Below are positions 28,630-38,869 of a stretch of DNA of 64,000 bases, one piece after another. The notes beneath the pieces were generated by a model. The model was not told the origin of the DNA. It ran no database searches and saw only the letters and a program-made list of their open reading frames with translations. Each line of letters starts with the position of its first letter. Positions within the stretch are counted from its first letter, which is position 1. The stretch spans positions 2,976,001-3,040,000 of the forward strand of contig CP051526.1 of assembly GCA_050916045.1 (NCBI GenBank), in the 5' to 3' direction. The position numbers and the translations under genes are program-made. This stretch comes from Tepidisphaera sp. GTDB lineage: Bacteria; Planctomycetota; Phycisphaerae; Phycisphaerales; UBA1924.

Positions 28630-29304
28630 ATGAAGACCGCTTGCCTGACGGTGATGATGCTCGGGATGGTCGGGACCTCGCACGCTTTGGCGCAGGCCCA
28701 GGCCCCGGCGATCCGGTTTGACCTTTCTCTGGCCCAGCCCGGGGCGACGGCCGCGACGACCGACCCGTCGGCCCCTCCGGCGGTGGACCTCGCCAAGCAA
28801 GCTTCGATCGGCGTCAACCCTCCGGTCTTCGGTGCCGCAGATGATCGCTGGTGGCTGACGATCGCTCCGGCGATCGGCACGACGTTCAGCGACGAGACGA
28901 ACGTGGGCCTCCGGACGAGCCTGACGACCTTTGTCGCCGAGAACATCCAGATCGGCGGCGAGGGATCGCTCTGGTACTTTCAGCAGCCGGGGGACAACGC
29001 GTTCGGCGGAAGCCTCGGTTTCGTGCTTCGCTGGCACTTCGTGAACACGAACACGTGGACGGTCTTCCTCGACTCGGGGATCGGCGTGGTGGCGGCGTCG
29101 GAAGAGATTCCCAGCGGCGGGACGCAGTTCAACTTCATGCCGCGGGCGGGGATCGGGTTTACGCGGAAGATCACCGACGGCGGGGCGCGTTTCGAGATGG
29201 GCTTGGGCTGGCACCACGTCTCCAACGCCCGCATCAACGGGGACGACGAGAACCCGTCGATCGACCTGCCGATGGTGCATTTCGGAATCGTCTTCCCGCT
29301 TTGA
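28630..29304 (+). CDS. Acyloxyacyl hydrolase / PagL-like outer-membrane beta-barrel
   Basis: Signal peptide; GTQFNF, WHHVSNA, NPSID, terminal beta strand GIVFPL. Confidence 0.85.
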   Translation: MKTACLTVMMLGMVGTSHALAQAQAPAIRFDLSLAQPGATAATTDPSAPPAVDLAKQASIGVNPPVFGAADDRWWLTIAPAIGTTFSDETNVGLRTSLTTFVAENIQIGGEGSLWYFQQPGDNAFGGSLGFVLRWHFVNTNTWTVFLDSGIGVVAASEEIPSGGTQFNFMPRAGIGFTRKITDGGARFEMGLGWHHVSNARINGDDENPSIDLPMVHFGIVFPL

Positions 29305-29340
29305 TCCCGGCCGGTGCGTGCCCGCCGTATCGTTTGACGC

Positions 29341-30666
29341 GTGAAGTACGCCATACTCATCCCGCTGGGCGGCGGCGACGAGCCCCGTGATGGTGCGGAG
29401 GGGGCAACCCCCTTGGCAGTCGCGTCGCTGCCCCGACTGACCGAACTGGGCAAAGCCGGCCGCGTCGCGCTCGTTCAGACCCTCGGAAGCGCCGGGCTCT
29501 CGACGCTCGGCGGGCTGGCGGGCATTCTGGACGCGGGGTCGGGAGCCGGTCGGCGCGTCTCGGACGCTTCGCTTGCGGCGATGGGCTGCGAGGATGAGAC
29601 CGCGTGGGTGTACTCGCTGGGCTGGCTCGCGACGACGGATTCGAACGGCAATCCATCGGCGGCGGACACGGCGGTGGTCGCGGAATGGGACGAGTCGACG
29701 CTTTCGTCGGAGGAATCCGACAGCCTCTGGTCGGCGATCGGAACGGCATGGGCGGAGCAGGAGCCCGGACTGGCGGCCCGGATCCGCGTCGAGAGGCACG
29801 CGGGCCGCTGGGTCCTGATCGACGGCGTGCACGACCACGAAAGCGTGACAAGCCTGCCCCCGTGGCGGCTGATCGGTGAATCGTGGCGAAGCGCCGAGCC
29901 GGGAGGCGGCAATGTCGATGCGGCGTGGGTGCTCCGCCGGTTCATGCACATCGGCTCGGGCGTGCTCGCCTCGCACGACATCAACGCTTCGCGGCTGGAG
30001 CGCGGCTTGCCGCTGATCACGATCCCCTGGCCTTGGGGAAGCGGGCGCACGCCGAAGTGGCCGTCGTTTGCTTCGCGCTTCGCGAACGCGGGCGTCGCGA
30101 TCCGCGGCGAGATGATCACGGACGATGCGCTTGCCGCGTGCGTGGGTCGGGCTTTGGGCTGGACGGTTCGCGAGGTGCCGCCGGGGCGTACGGACGATCT
30201 CGGCGAACTGGCCGTGGATGCGCTGGGCACCAGCGATCTGGTGTGCGTCTGCGACGCCGGCGTGCTGCGAGCGTCCCTTGCCGGGGACGCGACGGGCAAA
30301 GCCCGGGCCCTCGAACGGTTCGATGCCGAGGTGGTCGCCCGCGTGCGGGCCAGGCTCACGGATTTCGGCGATCCCGAGGACGACGCCGAAGCCCGCGGGT
30401 GGCGGCTTCTCGCGCTTCCCGACGCGATCTGGCCGACGGGAGCCCTCGAGCCGTCAACGGACCCCGTCCCCGCCATTCTCGCGGGCGCATGGATCCGCTC
30501 GGTGGTCGAACGCCCCTTCACCGAAGCCGGAGCCGAGGATTCAGACCTTCGCATCAGTTCCCCCTCGGGCTTGATGGAGTTTTTCCTCGAAGGCGGGCTG
30601 GTGCGGGCGAAAGCGGTCCGCAAGCGCAAAGACGAGGTCGGCACCCTCTGGGAACTTGACACGTGA
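29341..30666 (+). CDS. Cofactor-independent phosphoglycerate mutase (ApgM)-like protein, degenerate
   Basis: MKYAILIPLGGGDEP..TPL, HDINASR, WPWGSG, GDATGKARALERFD, TDPVP. Confidence 0.75.
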   Translation: MKYAILIPLGGGDEPRDGAEGATPLAVASLPRLTELGKAGRVALVQTLGSAGLSTLGGLAGILDAGSGAGRRVSDASLAAMGCEDETAWVYSLGWLATTDSNGNPSAADTAVVAEWDESTLSSEESDSLWSAIGTAWAEQEPGLAARIRVERHAGRWVLIDGVHDHESVTSLPPWRLIGESWRSAEPGGGNVDAAWVLRRFMHIGSGVLASHDINASRLERGLPLITIPWPWGSGRTPKWPSFASRFANAGVAIRGEMITDDALAACVGRALGWTVREVPPGRTDDLGELAVDALGTSDLVCVCDAGVLRASLAGDATGKARALERFDAEVVARVRARLTDFGDPEDDAEARGWRLLALPDAIWPTGALEPSTDPVPAILAGAWIRSVVERPFTEAGAEDSDLRISSPSGLMEFFLEGGLVRAKAVRKRKDEVGTLWELDT

Positions 30667-31382
30667 CAAACCCAACCAACAGCGACACCAACAAACCGGC
30701 GAGCGACAAGCACGCGACGGACAAGCCCGTGTACGACCTCGCGCCCGATGCTCCGCCCCCGGATCGCACGCCGAAGATCGAAGCACCGGGCCTCACCGAC
30801 GACTTCGACGAGGACGCGGACTTCGACACCGTTCCGGGCGTGACGCCGCCCCCGCGAACGGCCGCCGCGGCCGCGCCGGTGCCCGAGGATCCGTTCGTCA
30901 AGCCGGGCCTGGGGAGCGCCCAGACCATCGCCGCGCTCGGCGTGGTGGCACTCGTCGGCGCGGCGGTGCTCGCGGCAAGCCTGGGTACCCAGCCGTGGTA
31001 CAAGTCCGTGGTGCTTTCGATCTACCTGACGGCGCTGCAGACGCTCGCGGGCGTCGGCGCGGTGGTCTTCGCGGCGCGGATGGCGGAGAAGTCGCTGGGT
31101 CAGCTTGAGCTTGCGGCGGCGCGGATCCTGCTCGCGGTCGCGGCGGCGAGGTGCTTTCTTCCTGTCGCGTACAACGTGCCGTACACGGGGAGGGTGCTGG
31201 AAGGTCTGAGCGTGATCGCGACGTACGCGTTGATCACGTTTGTACTTTTCCGGTTGCCGCGTCAGCACTGGTTCGTGATGACGGCGACGCACGCCGCGCT
31301 GCTGGTCGTGCTTTGGCTGGGCGGAGCGATCCAGGTCTGGGCGAGCACGCCGGTTGGGCCGGCGACCCCGCCGATGCCGTGA
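30663..31382 (+). CDS. Hypothetical membrane protein
   Basis: Disordered N-terminus then about 5 TM helices; coupled to the upstream gene (GTGA). Confidence 0.75.
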   Translation: MTNPTNSDTNKPASDKHATDKPVYDLAPDAPPPDRTPKIEAPGLTDDFDEDADFDTVPGVTPPPRTAAAAAPVPEDPFVKPGLGSAQTIAALGVVALVGAAVLAASLGTQPWYKSVVLSIYLTALQTLAGVGAVVFAARMAEKSLGQLELAAARILLAVAAARCFLPVAYNVPYTGRVLEGLSVIATYALITFVLFRLPRQHWFVMTATHAALLVVLWLGGAIQVWASTPVGPATPPMP

Positions 31383-31385
31383 CCG

Positions 31386-31901
31386 TCAGCGGATCTGGAA
31401 CGCGAGGATCCCGAGGCCGAAGAGCATCACCGCCGCGAGAATCAGCGCCGCGATGAACTTTCGGCCGGCGGCGTCAAGCTTGGCCGGATCCGCCGGACGC
31501 ACGAGCAGAAGCCTGGCCTGCGTTTCGGGCGTGAGTGCCCGACCTTCGGTCTGCGCGTCCTGGACGACGGCGATCACCAGGTTGGCGTCAAACGGCCGAA
31601 GCCCGAGTTCTTCCGCCCGGACCAGAAGCTTGCGCCTTCGTTCGGGCGTGAGCATCGCCGCTTTGCCGCCCTCGAGCGAGGAAGCGACATCGACCGCGAG
31701 TCGCCACCGGGCGTCCTGCGGCGAGAGTGTGCTGGCGAGCCTGTTCTCGCGAGCGACCTCACGCCGTGCGGCGGCTTCCTCGGCGACCCGCCGGATGACG
31801 GCCTCGCGAGCTTCGGGCCGCCTGGCGGGCTCGACGTGCGGGGTGGCGTCGGTGCCGACCAAACGGAGAACCGGGCCGGAATGTCGAGTGGTTCTTGACA
31901 T
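31386..31901 (-). CDS. Hypothetical protein with C-terminal TM helix
   Basis: LTPERRRKLL..LGLRPFDANLVIAVVQDA, hydrophobic tail. Confidence 0.72.
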   Translation of the reverse strand: MSRTTRHSGPVLRLVGTDATPHVEPARRPEAREAVIRRVAEEAAARREVARENRLASTLSPQDARWRLAVDVASSLEGGKAAMLTPERRRKLLVRAEELGLRPFDANLVIAVVQDAQTEGRALTPETQARLLLVRPADPAKLDAAGRKFIAALILAAVMLFGLGILAFQIR

Positions 31902-32048
31902 GTGGGATCGGAGTACGCCCTCCACCAACATTCTGACCCGGGATCCGCACTCCGGCCAGTGGTCGAACGTATTTCCGGCGCGGTTTGTTGCAATAACGCC
32001 GTAGGGACCCGCAAAACCCGCGCTTCTGATACACTCATTGCACCCCGC

Positions 32049-32606
32049 ATGACCACACCTTCTGAGCCATCACCGCAGACCCCCGCCGAACCGGCCGCCA
32101 GCGCGCCGGGCGCGAACGGAACGATCGATTGGAATCGGCTGCCGGTGATCGCTTCGCCGCTTGGGCCGGCGGAAGCGATGGAGAAGCTGCGTCTGGCGTC
32201 CAAGCGAGGGAGGATGCCGGGGTTTGATCAGCGGGACGCGGGGTCGTTCACGGTGGAGCTGTTCGGTACGCCGTGGGATCGGCTCCTGAACGGCGTGATC
32301 ACGGCCGAGGGGTCGGGCTCGAGTATCCGGTTTGTGCGCAAGGACAAGCGACTGCTGCCGGGGGTCTGGCTTGCGGCGCTGGTGCTTTCGGTCTGGCCGG
32401 GCGTGCTGCTGACGGATGCGCTGATCCCGGCGTCGTGGGGCTGGATCGGGACGCACGTCTGGGCGTGGTACCTGCCGCTCACGATCATCGGGAACGTATG
32501 GACGTGGATCTGGGCGGTGAAGAAAGCCGACGCAACGACGAGAGCTTCAGCGGCGGAATCCGTCACGGCGATCGCGGCGGAGATTTCGGGGCGGGTGGGC
32601 GTCTAA
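32049..32606 (+). CDS. Hypothetical membrane protein
   Basis: SKRGRMPGF, two C-terminal TM helices. Confidence 0.72.
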   Translation: MTTPSEPSPQTPAEPAASAPGANGTIDWNRLPVIASPLGPAEAMEKLRLASKRGRMPGFDQRDAGSFTVELFGTPWDRLLNGVITAEGSGSSIRFVRKDKRLLPGVWLAALVLSVWPGVLLTDALIPASWGWIGTHVWAWYLPLTIIGNVWTWIWAVKKADATTRASAAESVTAIAAEISGRVGV

Positions 32607-32615
32607 GCGGCTGGT

Positions 32616-33902
32616 TCAGTCGTCCTCGTCCGCGAGCGGCGCGGCGGGCTTCATGATCTCGCGGAGCACGACGGTGGCAAAGGAGCCGCGCGGCAGTTCG
32701 AAGACCACGCGGATGAACGATCCGGCGTCGTCAACGCCGCCCTCGACGTCGGGGTCGATCAGCGGGACGCGGAGCGGGCGGCGGGCGCCCTCGATGAGCT
32801 TGGGATGACGCTGGCCGAAAGCTTCGAGGGCTTCGGGGGAGACGTCAAAGTCGGCGAGAGCGGCGAGCTCCTCGCGGTCGGTCTCGCCGGAAGCACGCAT
32901 CATGGCGGGGCCCCACATCGGGCCCGACGGGCTGATCTCGAACTTCTGCAGGCGTTCGGCGGTGGAAGGCTCGGCGAGCACGGCATCGTCGACGGCGAAG
33001 ATCGCTCGGTTCTCGTGCTTCATCGCGAGGTCGCCGGCGCGGAGGGTGCCGAGTGAGCCGGCTTCGAGCCTGCGGTCCAGGACGTGGTTGAAGACCGCGG
33101 ACTGGAACGCGGAGACCATGAAGTTGGCGGACATGGCGTCGATCGAGCGGACGGCACGCTCAGCGGACAAGCCGCGGGCCAGGCCGCCGAGGATCACGCG
33201 CTCGGTCCGGCAGCCGCGGGGAAAGCGGGCGAGCGCATCGGCGTAGTTGCCGTCCCGGGCGAGGGCGCGGGCTTCGGCGGAACGCTCGCTGTCGCCGGTG
33301 AAGGGGGCGAAGAGGTCGCGGATGGCGCGATCGAAATCGCCGAGCACGAGCGCTCGGCCGAAGAGGTGGTTGCTGCCGCTGGTGCCGAAACGCTGCTCGC
33401 CGAAGCGGTTGGGGACGCCAGTCACCTCGAGGCGGTCAAGGACGCGCTTCACCACCGGCGTGAGCATCGGGTTGACGCCGCGGATGCGGATGCTGAAGCG
33501 GTTGCCACGGAGGTGGCCCTGGCGGAGCTTGTTGGCGTGGTAGTCCGCCCAGAGGACGTTCACGCGTTCGTGCTGGAGCGAGGGGAAGTCCTCGATCTTC
33601 TTGCCCGGGACGTGGACGGAGAGGACCTGCCGCGTGATCGCCATGCGGTCCTTGAGCCCGGCGAACCCGACCGCGTGCCGCGGGACGCCGAAATGCGACG
33701 CGACGATCTGGATCAGGTCGAAGGTGGCCATGTCGCGCTTTTCGACCAGCATGTAGATGTGCTCGCCGGAACCCGCGGGCTCGTACAGCGGGACTTCGTC
33801 GACGAGGAAATCCTCGGGGCGCAGCCGGATGGTGCCGCCGGTGCCGGGGATGTCGGCGGTCAGGTAGCGTGAAGGAGTGACATGCGCGGAAAGATCGGCC
33901 AC
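32616..33902 (-). CDS. truD: tRNA pseudouridine(13) synthase
   Basis: PEDFLVDE, AGLKDRMAITRQ, GNRFSIRIR, PNRFGEQRFG, FELPRGSFAT. Confidence 0.96.
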   Translation of the reverse strand: MADLSAHVTPSRYLTADIPGTGGTIRLRPEDFLVDEVPLYEPAGSGEHIYMLVEKRDMATFDLIQIVASHFGVPRHAVGFAGLKDRMAITRQVLSVHVPGKKIEDFPSLQHERVNVLWADYHANKLRQGHLRGNRFSIRIRGVNPMLTPVVKRVLDRLEVTGVPNRFGEQRFGTSGSNHLFGRALVLGDFDRAIRDLFAPFTGDSERSAEARALARDGNYADALARFPRGCRTERVILGGLARGLSAERAVRSIDAMSANFMVSAFQSAVFNHVLDRRLEAGSLGTLRAGDLAMKHENRAIFAVDDAVLAEPSTAERLQKFEISPSGPMWGPAMMRASGETDREELAALADFDVSPEALEAFGQRHPKLIEGARRPLRVPLIDPDVEGGVDDAGSFIRVVFELPRGSFATVVLREIMKPAAPLADEDD

Positions 33903-33964
33903 GGCGGGAGCGTAGCCGCACCGCTCGCCAACACGCTCGATCTTCCGGCGAATTCCCGCGAAGA

Positions 33965-34393
33965 TCAAAGTTCCGGAGGGTCGCGGAGCGCGCCTTCGAG
34001 GACGTGATCCTCGACGAAAATCGGGACATCCTGCGCGATGCCGAGGGCGATCGCGTCGCTCGGCCGCGAATCGATGTGAAGCACATCGCCGGCCTGCGTA
34101 CGGATATCGAGGGTCGCGAAGAACGTCTGCTCGCGGAGGTCGCTGACCGTGATCGAGAGAAGCGTCGCTCCAAGGTCGGAGATGATCGATGCGAGCAGGT
34201 CGTGTGTCTGCGGACGTTTGAGCGCGGTGCCCTTGAGGCGCCGCTCGATGGCCTGGGCTTCGGGAAGGCCGATCACGATGGGGAACGAGCGGACTGCTTC
34301 GGCATCGACCGGGTCGGCTTCGCGCAGCTCGATGATCTGCATGTCCGCGAGCTCACGGATCAGGATGCGGGCCAGTTCCATGCGGACGGGCAT
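33965..34393 (-). CDS. Bifunctional nuclease family protein (DUF151)
   Basis: FPIVIGLPEA, RPQTHDLL, IDSRPSDAIAL. Confidence 0.93.
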   Translation of the reverse strand: MPVRMELARILIRELADMQIIELREADPVDAEAVRSFPIVIGLPEAQAIERRLKGTALKRPQTHDLLASIISDLGATLLSITVSDLREQTFFATLDIRTQAGDVLHIDSRPSDAIALGIAQDVPIFVEDHVLEGALRDPPEL

Positions 34394-34468
34394 GCGCGGA
34401 GCTCCCGGGGGCGGCTGGGGCGAGTGGGGAGACGAGAGAGGGTGCGCGGGCCGGGCGCCCGCGCCGAT

Positions 34469-35539
34469 TTAGCGGTTGCCGCCGGGGACGTTGGTGTCGC
34501 CGGCCAGGGTCTGACGCATGGAGGTGTCGGCTTGGAGGTTCTTCATGCGGTAGAAGTCCATGATGCCGAGGTTGCCGCTGGCGAAAGCTTGGGCCATCGC
34601 GCGGGGGATTTCGGCTTCGGCGAGGACGACGGCCGCGCGGTTCTTCTGTTCTTCCGCACGGAACTCCTGCTCCTGCGCGATGGCGAGGGCGCGGCGTTCT
34701 TCGGCTTTGGCCTGGGCCATCTGCTTGTTGGCGTTGGCCTGGTCGGTCTGGAGCTTGGCGCCGATGTTGTCACCGACGTCGATGTCGGCGATGTCGATCG
34801 AGAGGATCTCGAACGCGGTGCCGGCGTCGAGGCCCTTGGCCATCACGGTCTTGGAGATGTTCTCGGGGTTGGCGAGCACCTGCTTGTGCGTGAGGGCCGA
34901 GCCGATCTCCTTGACGATGCCTTCGCCGACGCGGGCGATGATGGTTTCCTCGGTCGCACCGCCGACGAGGCGGCGGATGTTGGTGCGGACCGTGACCTTG
35001 GCTTTGGCTCGGAGCTGGATGCCGTCACCGGCGACGGCGTCGAAGGTGGAGCGGTTGTTGGTCGAGGGGTTGGGGCACTCGATGACCTTGGGATTGACGG
35101 AGGTGTTGACGGCTTCGACGATGTCGCGTCCGGCGAGGTCGATGGCGGTCGCGGTGTCCCACGGGAGCTCGATCTGGGCTTTCTGGGCCGAGATCATCGC
35201 GTTGATGACGTTGGGGACGCGGCCGCCGGCGAGGTAGTGGGTTTCGAGGGCGTTGGTCGAGATGTCCATGCCGGACTTCACCGCTCGGATGCGGGAGTAG
35301 ACGATCATGCGGACGTCGACTTTCCGGAGCCGCATGAAGACGAGTTCGAAGAGGCCGACGCTGGCGCCCGAGACCAGAGCCTGGATCCACAGGCTGAGGA
35401 ACTGGCCGATGGCGAAGAGGAAGATGAGGACGAAGAGACCCGCGACGATCCCGATCACGACCCAGACGGCGGTGTCGAGCGCGAGCATGGAAGCGGGCGC
35501 CGGGAGAGTCTGAGCAAGCTGCGCGAACGTGTTCTGCAT
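34469..35539 (-). CDS. floA: Flotillin-like protein FloA (YqfA)
   Basis: [58 protein letters not shown]. Confidence 0.95.
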   Translation of the reverse strand: MQNTFAQLAQTLPAPASMLALDTAVWVVIGIVAGLFVLIFLFAIGQFLSLWIQALVSGASVGLFELVFMRLRKVDVRMIVYSRIRAVKSGMDISTNALETHYLAGGRVPNVINAMISAQKAQIELPWDTATAIDLAGRDIVEAVNTSVNPKVIECPNPSTNNRSTFDAVAGDGIQLRAKAKVTVRTNIRRLVGGATEETIIARVGEGIVKEIGSALTHKQVLANPENISKTVMAKGLDAGTAFEILSIDIADIDVGDNIGAKLQTDQANANKQMAQAKAEERRALAIAQEQEFRAEEQKNRAAVVLAEAEIPRAMAQAFASGNLGIMDFYRMKNLQADTSMRQTLAGDTNVPGGNR

Positions 35540-35701
35540 GAGCGAATACCCCTGATTGGCTTTGCGTTTGGCGAGTGAAGGTGGACGTGTCCGGCCGACG
35601 TGTCCGTTCGGTCAGAGCGGGGTGAGTATACGCCGACGCCCACCCCGCAACGGGGTCGTCGAGGGAATCAGCTCGGTTCGTGCGCTTGATTCAGGCCCTG
35701 A

Positions 35702-36199
35702 TCAGATCGGGCGGACCTTCATCTCGTTGGCGTCCACCGAGACCACCCGGACCTTGGTGCCGGGGGAGATGAAGCCAACCTCGGCCAACGCATCCACTCG
35801 CTTGCCTTCGAGTTCGATGATGCCGACGGGTCGCATTTCGGTCAGGACGACGCCGACCTTACCGATGGAAGCGTCCCGTAGGCGGCGGGCTTCCACGTCG
35901 CGGGCGCGCCGGGCTTCGAGTTCCTCTTCGGAGGGCAGGCCTATGGCCCGTCTTCCCGCGTTGGTGCTCGTCCAGATCGATATCCCCGAGAAGAAGACCG
36001 TCGGCAGGAGGATCATCGAGCCCAGGAGACCGCTGACGCCCCAGACGCTGTCGTAGATCCACAAGCAGACGATCCCGGCGATCGCCACCGCCGCAGCGAC
36101 CATCGAGATGAGCCCCGCCGACGGGACAAAAATCTCGATCACGGTGAGCAGCAGCGCCGCCGCGAGAAGCACAAATCCCCAGATGAGCATCTGATCCAT
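35702..36199 (-). CDS. Short NfeD family protein
   Basis: IEIFVPSAG, TM helices, C-terminal OB fold (MRPVG..RVDA). Confidence 0.9.
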   Translation of the reverse strand: MDQMLIWGFVLLAAALLLTVIEIFVPSAGLISMVAAAVAIAGIVCLWIYDSVWGVSGLLGSMILLPTVFFSGISIWTSTNAGRRAIGLPSEEELEARRARDVEARRLRDASIGKVGVVLTEMRPVGIIELEGKRVDALAEVGFISPGTKVRVVSVDANEMKVRPI

Positions 36200-36234
36200 C
36201 GGCGTGACTGTAAGGGGGCTCGGACGCGGCGGCA

Positions 36235-38202
36235 TCAGGTGACGGCGTTGTCCGGTTCCGAAGGCGTGGCCGGGCTCGGCTCGGGCTGCTGGGACCCGGG
36301 CACCTGTTCGACGACGATCCGGAACCGGTCGGCCGAAACCACGCGGACCGGGACGCCGATGGGGAGGAATCCACTTTCCGCGACCACGTCGAAGACCTCA
36401 TCGCCGAAGGAAGCTTTCCCGGAAGGCCGGAGCAGGGTGACCGTCGTGCCGAGTTCACCGGGGGAGAGTTCGGGGGTCTCGGGGCGGATGGCTCCGAAGA
36501 GAGCCTCATCCACCTCACCGGGCGCGGGGCTTTGCAGGGTGTACTTCTTCATGATGGGCAGGGTGCCCAGTTGCCGGATGACGAAGAAGATGCCGAAGAT
36601 GGCCGTGACGGTGGAGAGAAGCACCGTGACCGCCCCGCGGGCGAGGGAGTCCTGGGCTTCGGGGGTGGAAAAGGCCATGCCGGCGGGGCCGGAGGGGACG
36701 AACGTAAAGACCAGCCCGACGAAGAGGGTGATCAGCCCGAGCACGCCGGCGACGCCAAACCCAGGGAAGACAAAGAGTTCCATCGCCAGCAGGATGATCC
36801 CGATCCCCACCGCTCCAAGCGACCACCAGTTGGCCATGCCCATGATGAAGCTTGGCCCAAGAACCAGCCCGAGCGCCACCGCGGCAATCAGCCCCGGGAC
36901 GACCATGCCCGGATGGGTCATCTCGATGAACATCGCGATCATGAAGATCGAGATAAGGAGGCCCCGGACGAAGGGGTTGCTGAGAAAGCGAGCCGCATGC
37001 TCGGCCCACGACTGGTCGAGGCGCGTCAGGCGGTTGGCGCCGAAGTAGGCCGTCAGCTCGGCTTCGTCGTTGATGACCGTCCGGCTGAGGCCGAACTGAG
37101 CGAGCTGCTTGGATTGGAGCGAGACCGACCCTGTGCCGTCGGTGGCGTAGGTGACCAGACGGTACTTCCCGGCGTCCGCGGCGCTCAGCACCGGTCGAGT
37201 CGAAGCGGTTTCAACCAGATTGACGGGCTGGGTCGCGAGAAGAGAAGCGATCGCGGCGGAGGCCGGGATCGCCGGTGAGCCGCCCACCGAAGCAGCGCTC
37301 GAAGCGGCGGGCGGGGCCGGAGGGGTTGCCATGCCCATCGTCGGGCCACCCCGAGCCATCGCCACCTCGAACTGCGTCAGCTTGCGTGACGGCGTCAGTT
37401 CGACGTTCGCGCGGCTGGGTGCGCCGGGAAACAGCATCGCGTGCTCGCGCTCGTTGATGCAGAGCTTGTCGCCGGTCGCGATATTCTCGACCAGCCAGAG
37501 TTCAGCCCCGGGCAAAGCCATGGCTTGGACCAAGAACTCGTCCCACCCGCGTCGGCGGGCGGACTCGATGGCGCTCGCAACGGCCGGAGCGGCCACATCC
37601 GCCCAGCGCTCGTACCCGGGCATGCCGGAGGGGGGCGAAGCGGACCGCGAACGACGAGGGGCGTTGCTGACCCACTCGGGGTCCACGAACTCTCCGAGGG
37701 TGGCGTTGCCGCTGACGACGATGTCCCGGCAGGCGAGAGCGATCAGGCCGGCTCCCCCCACCGCCGCGCCGGAACGGGACCCACGCGACTCGGCGTCGTG
37801 GATCCAAGCGACGATGTTGGGAATGGGCGACTGGCGGATGACGGCGAGGAGTTCCGAGACGGTGCCGAAATTGCTTTCGCGGCTATCGATCTCGAGGACG
37901 ATAGCGTCGGCCCCGGCGGCTTTGGCTTCGGAAAACCGTCGGATCACGGAAGCGGTCTGGAACCGGTCGATGCGGCCCTCGATGACGATGACCGCGACGT
38001 GCTGAGCAAGCCTGGACGCGGGGACGGCGGCGGAAGGGCCGGGCTGGGCCTGGGATGCCGACTGGGCTTGGGGCGCGGGTCCTGCCGCGACCTGAGGGGG
38101 GAGCAGGCCACCCAGCAGGAGGGTGAGGATCACCAACCTGAGCCACGCGGCGGGCGAGCGGAAAATGGAAGTGACGCGGCGAAGGGTCCGGGTGCTTGGC
38201 AC
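36235..38202 (-). CDS. Long NfeD family protein (ClpP-like, TM and OB-fold domains)
   Basis: AGADAIVLEIDS, LIALAC, IEMTHPG, ELFVFPGFG, LRPSGKA. Confidence 0.88.
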   Translation of the reverse strand: MPSTRTLRRVTSIFRSPAAWLRLVILTLLLGGLLPPQVAAGPAPQAQSASQAQPGPSAAVPASRLAQHVAVIVIEGRIDRFQTASVIRRFSEAKAAGADAIVLEIDSRESNFGTVSELLAVIRQSPIPNIVAWIHDAESRGSRSGAAVGGAGLIALACRDIVVSGNATLGEFVDPEWVSNAPRRSRSASPPSGMPGYERWADVAAPAVASAIESARRRGWDEFLVQAMALPGAELWLVENIATGDKLCINEREHAMLFPGAPSRANVELTPSRKLTQFEVAMARGGPTMGMATPPAPPAASSAASVGGSPAIPASAAIASLLATQPVNLVETASTRPVLSAADAGKYRLVTYATDGTGSVSLQSKQLAQFGLSRTVINDEAELTAYFGANRLTRLDQSWAEHAARFLSNPFVRGLLISIFMIAMFIEMTHPGMVVPGLIAAVALGLVLGPSFIMGMANWWSLGAVGIGIILLAMELFVFPGFGVAGVLGLITLFVGLVFTFVPSGPAGMAFSTPEAQDSLARGAVTVLLSTVTAIFGIFFVIRQLGTLPIMKKYTLQSPAPGEVDEALFGAIRPETPELSPGELGTTVTLLRPSGKASFGDEVFDVVAESGFLPIGVPVRVVSADRFRIVVEQVPGSQQPEPSPATPSEPDNAVT

Positions 38203-38205
38203 ACA

Positions 38206-38778
38206 TCAGTATAAGGAAGACCGAGCCGGTTGTTGCGGGCTTGGCGGCGGGCCGGCCGTCCCGGGCAGGATCTGGTGCACCTGCCACGAAAGGCCGCCGG
38301 CCATCAGGTCGAGATGGACGGAGAAGAACCCGTCGCGTCCGCCGGGCGTGGGAGCTTGCGTCGCCGCGACCAGGGGCCAGATGATGCGGCGGTCGGTTTC
38401 GGGGATCGGCAGGTGGTCCAGTTCATCGGGGCGGTGCCAATCCAGCCGGCCCTCGTCGATGTCGCGGGCTTGCACCTCGACCGGACCGACCACCCGGAAG
38501 TAGAACAGAAGCCAGTGCCCGTCGGGCGCCTGCTCGGAAATGAGCCCGAGGAGGTGGAGGCGTTCAAGGGGAACGTCGATCCCGGCTTCCTCGCGTATTT
38601 CTCGCTGGGCGCAGTGCGCGGGAGACTCGCCGGTCACGGTGTCGAGCTTGCCGCCGATGGGCGAGCAGAAGCCGCGGTTGGGGTCTCGGGCGCGGCGGAG
38701 GAGAAGCATCCGTCCCTCCTCGTCGCGGAGGTCGCAAAGGCACGCGAGCCGGTACGGATTCGAGCGAGGGTCGGTCAC
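38206..38778 (-). CDS. NUDIX hydrolase
   Basis: GGKLDTVTGESPAHCAQREIREEAG Nudix box; GTG start 5 nt after TACCAT. Confidence 0.9.
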   Translation of the reverse strand: MTDPRSNPYRLACLCDLRDEEGRMLLLRRARDPNRGFCSPIGGKLDTVTGESPAHCAQREIREEAGIDVPLERLHLLGLISEQAPDGHWLLFYFRVVGPVEVQARDIDEGRLDWHRPDELDHLPIPETDRRIIWPLVAATQAPTPGGRDGFFSVHLDLMAGGLSWQVHQILPGTAGPPPSPQQPARSSLY

Positions 38779-38869
38779 CGCGGATGGTACGAGCGCGAGC
38801 CGTCGATCGCGCGCGAAATGGTCGCGTTCGCGCTGTTCTCCGTGAGCATCTGCGTCCGATACAGTCCTT

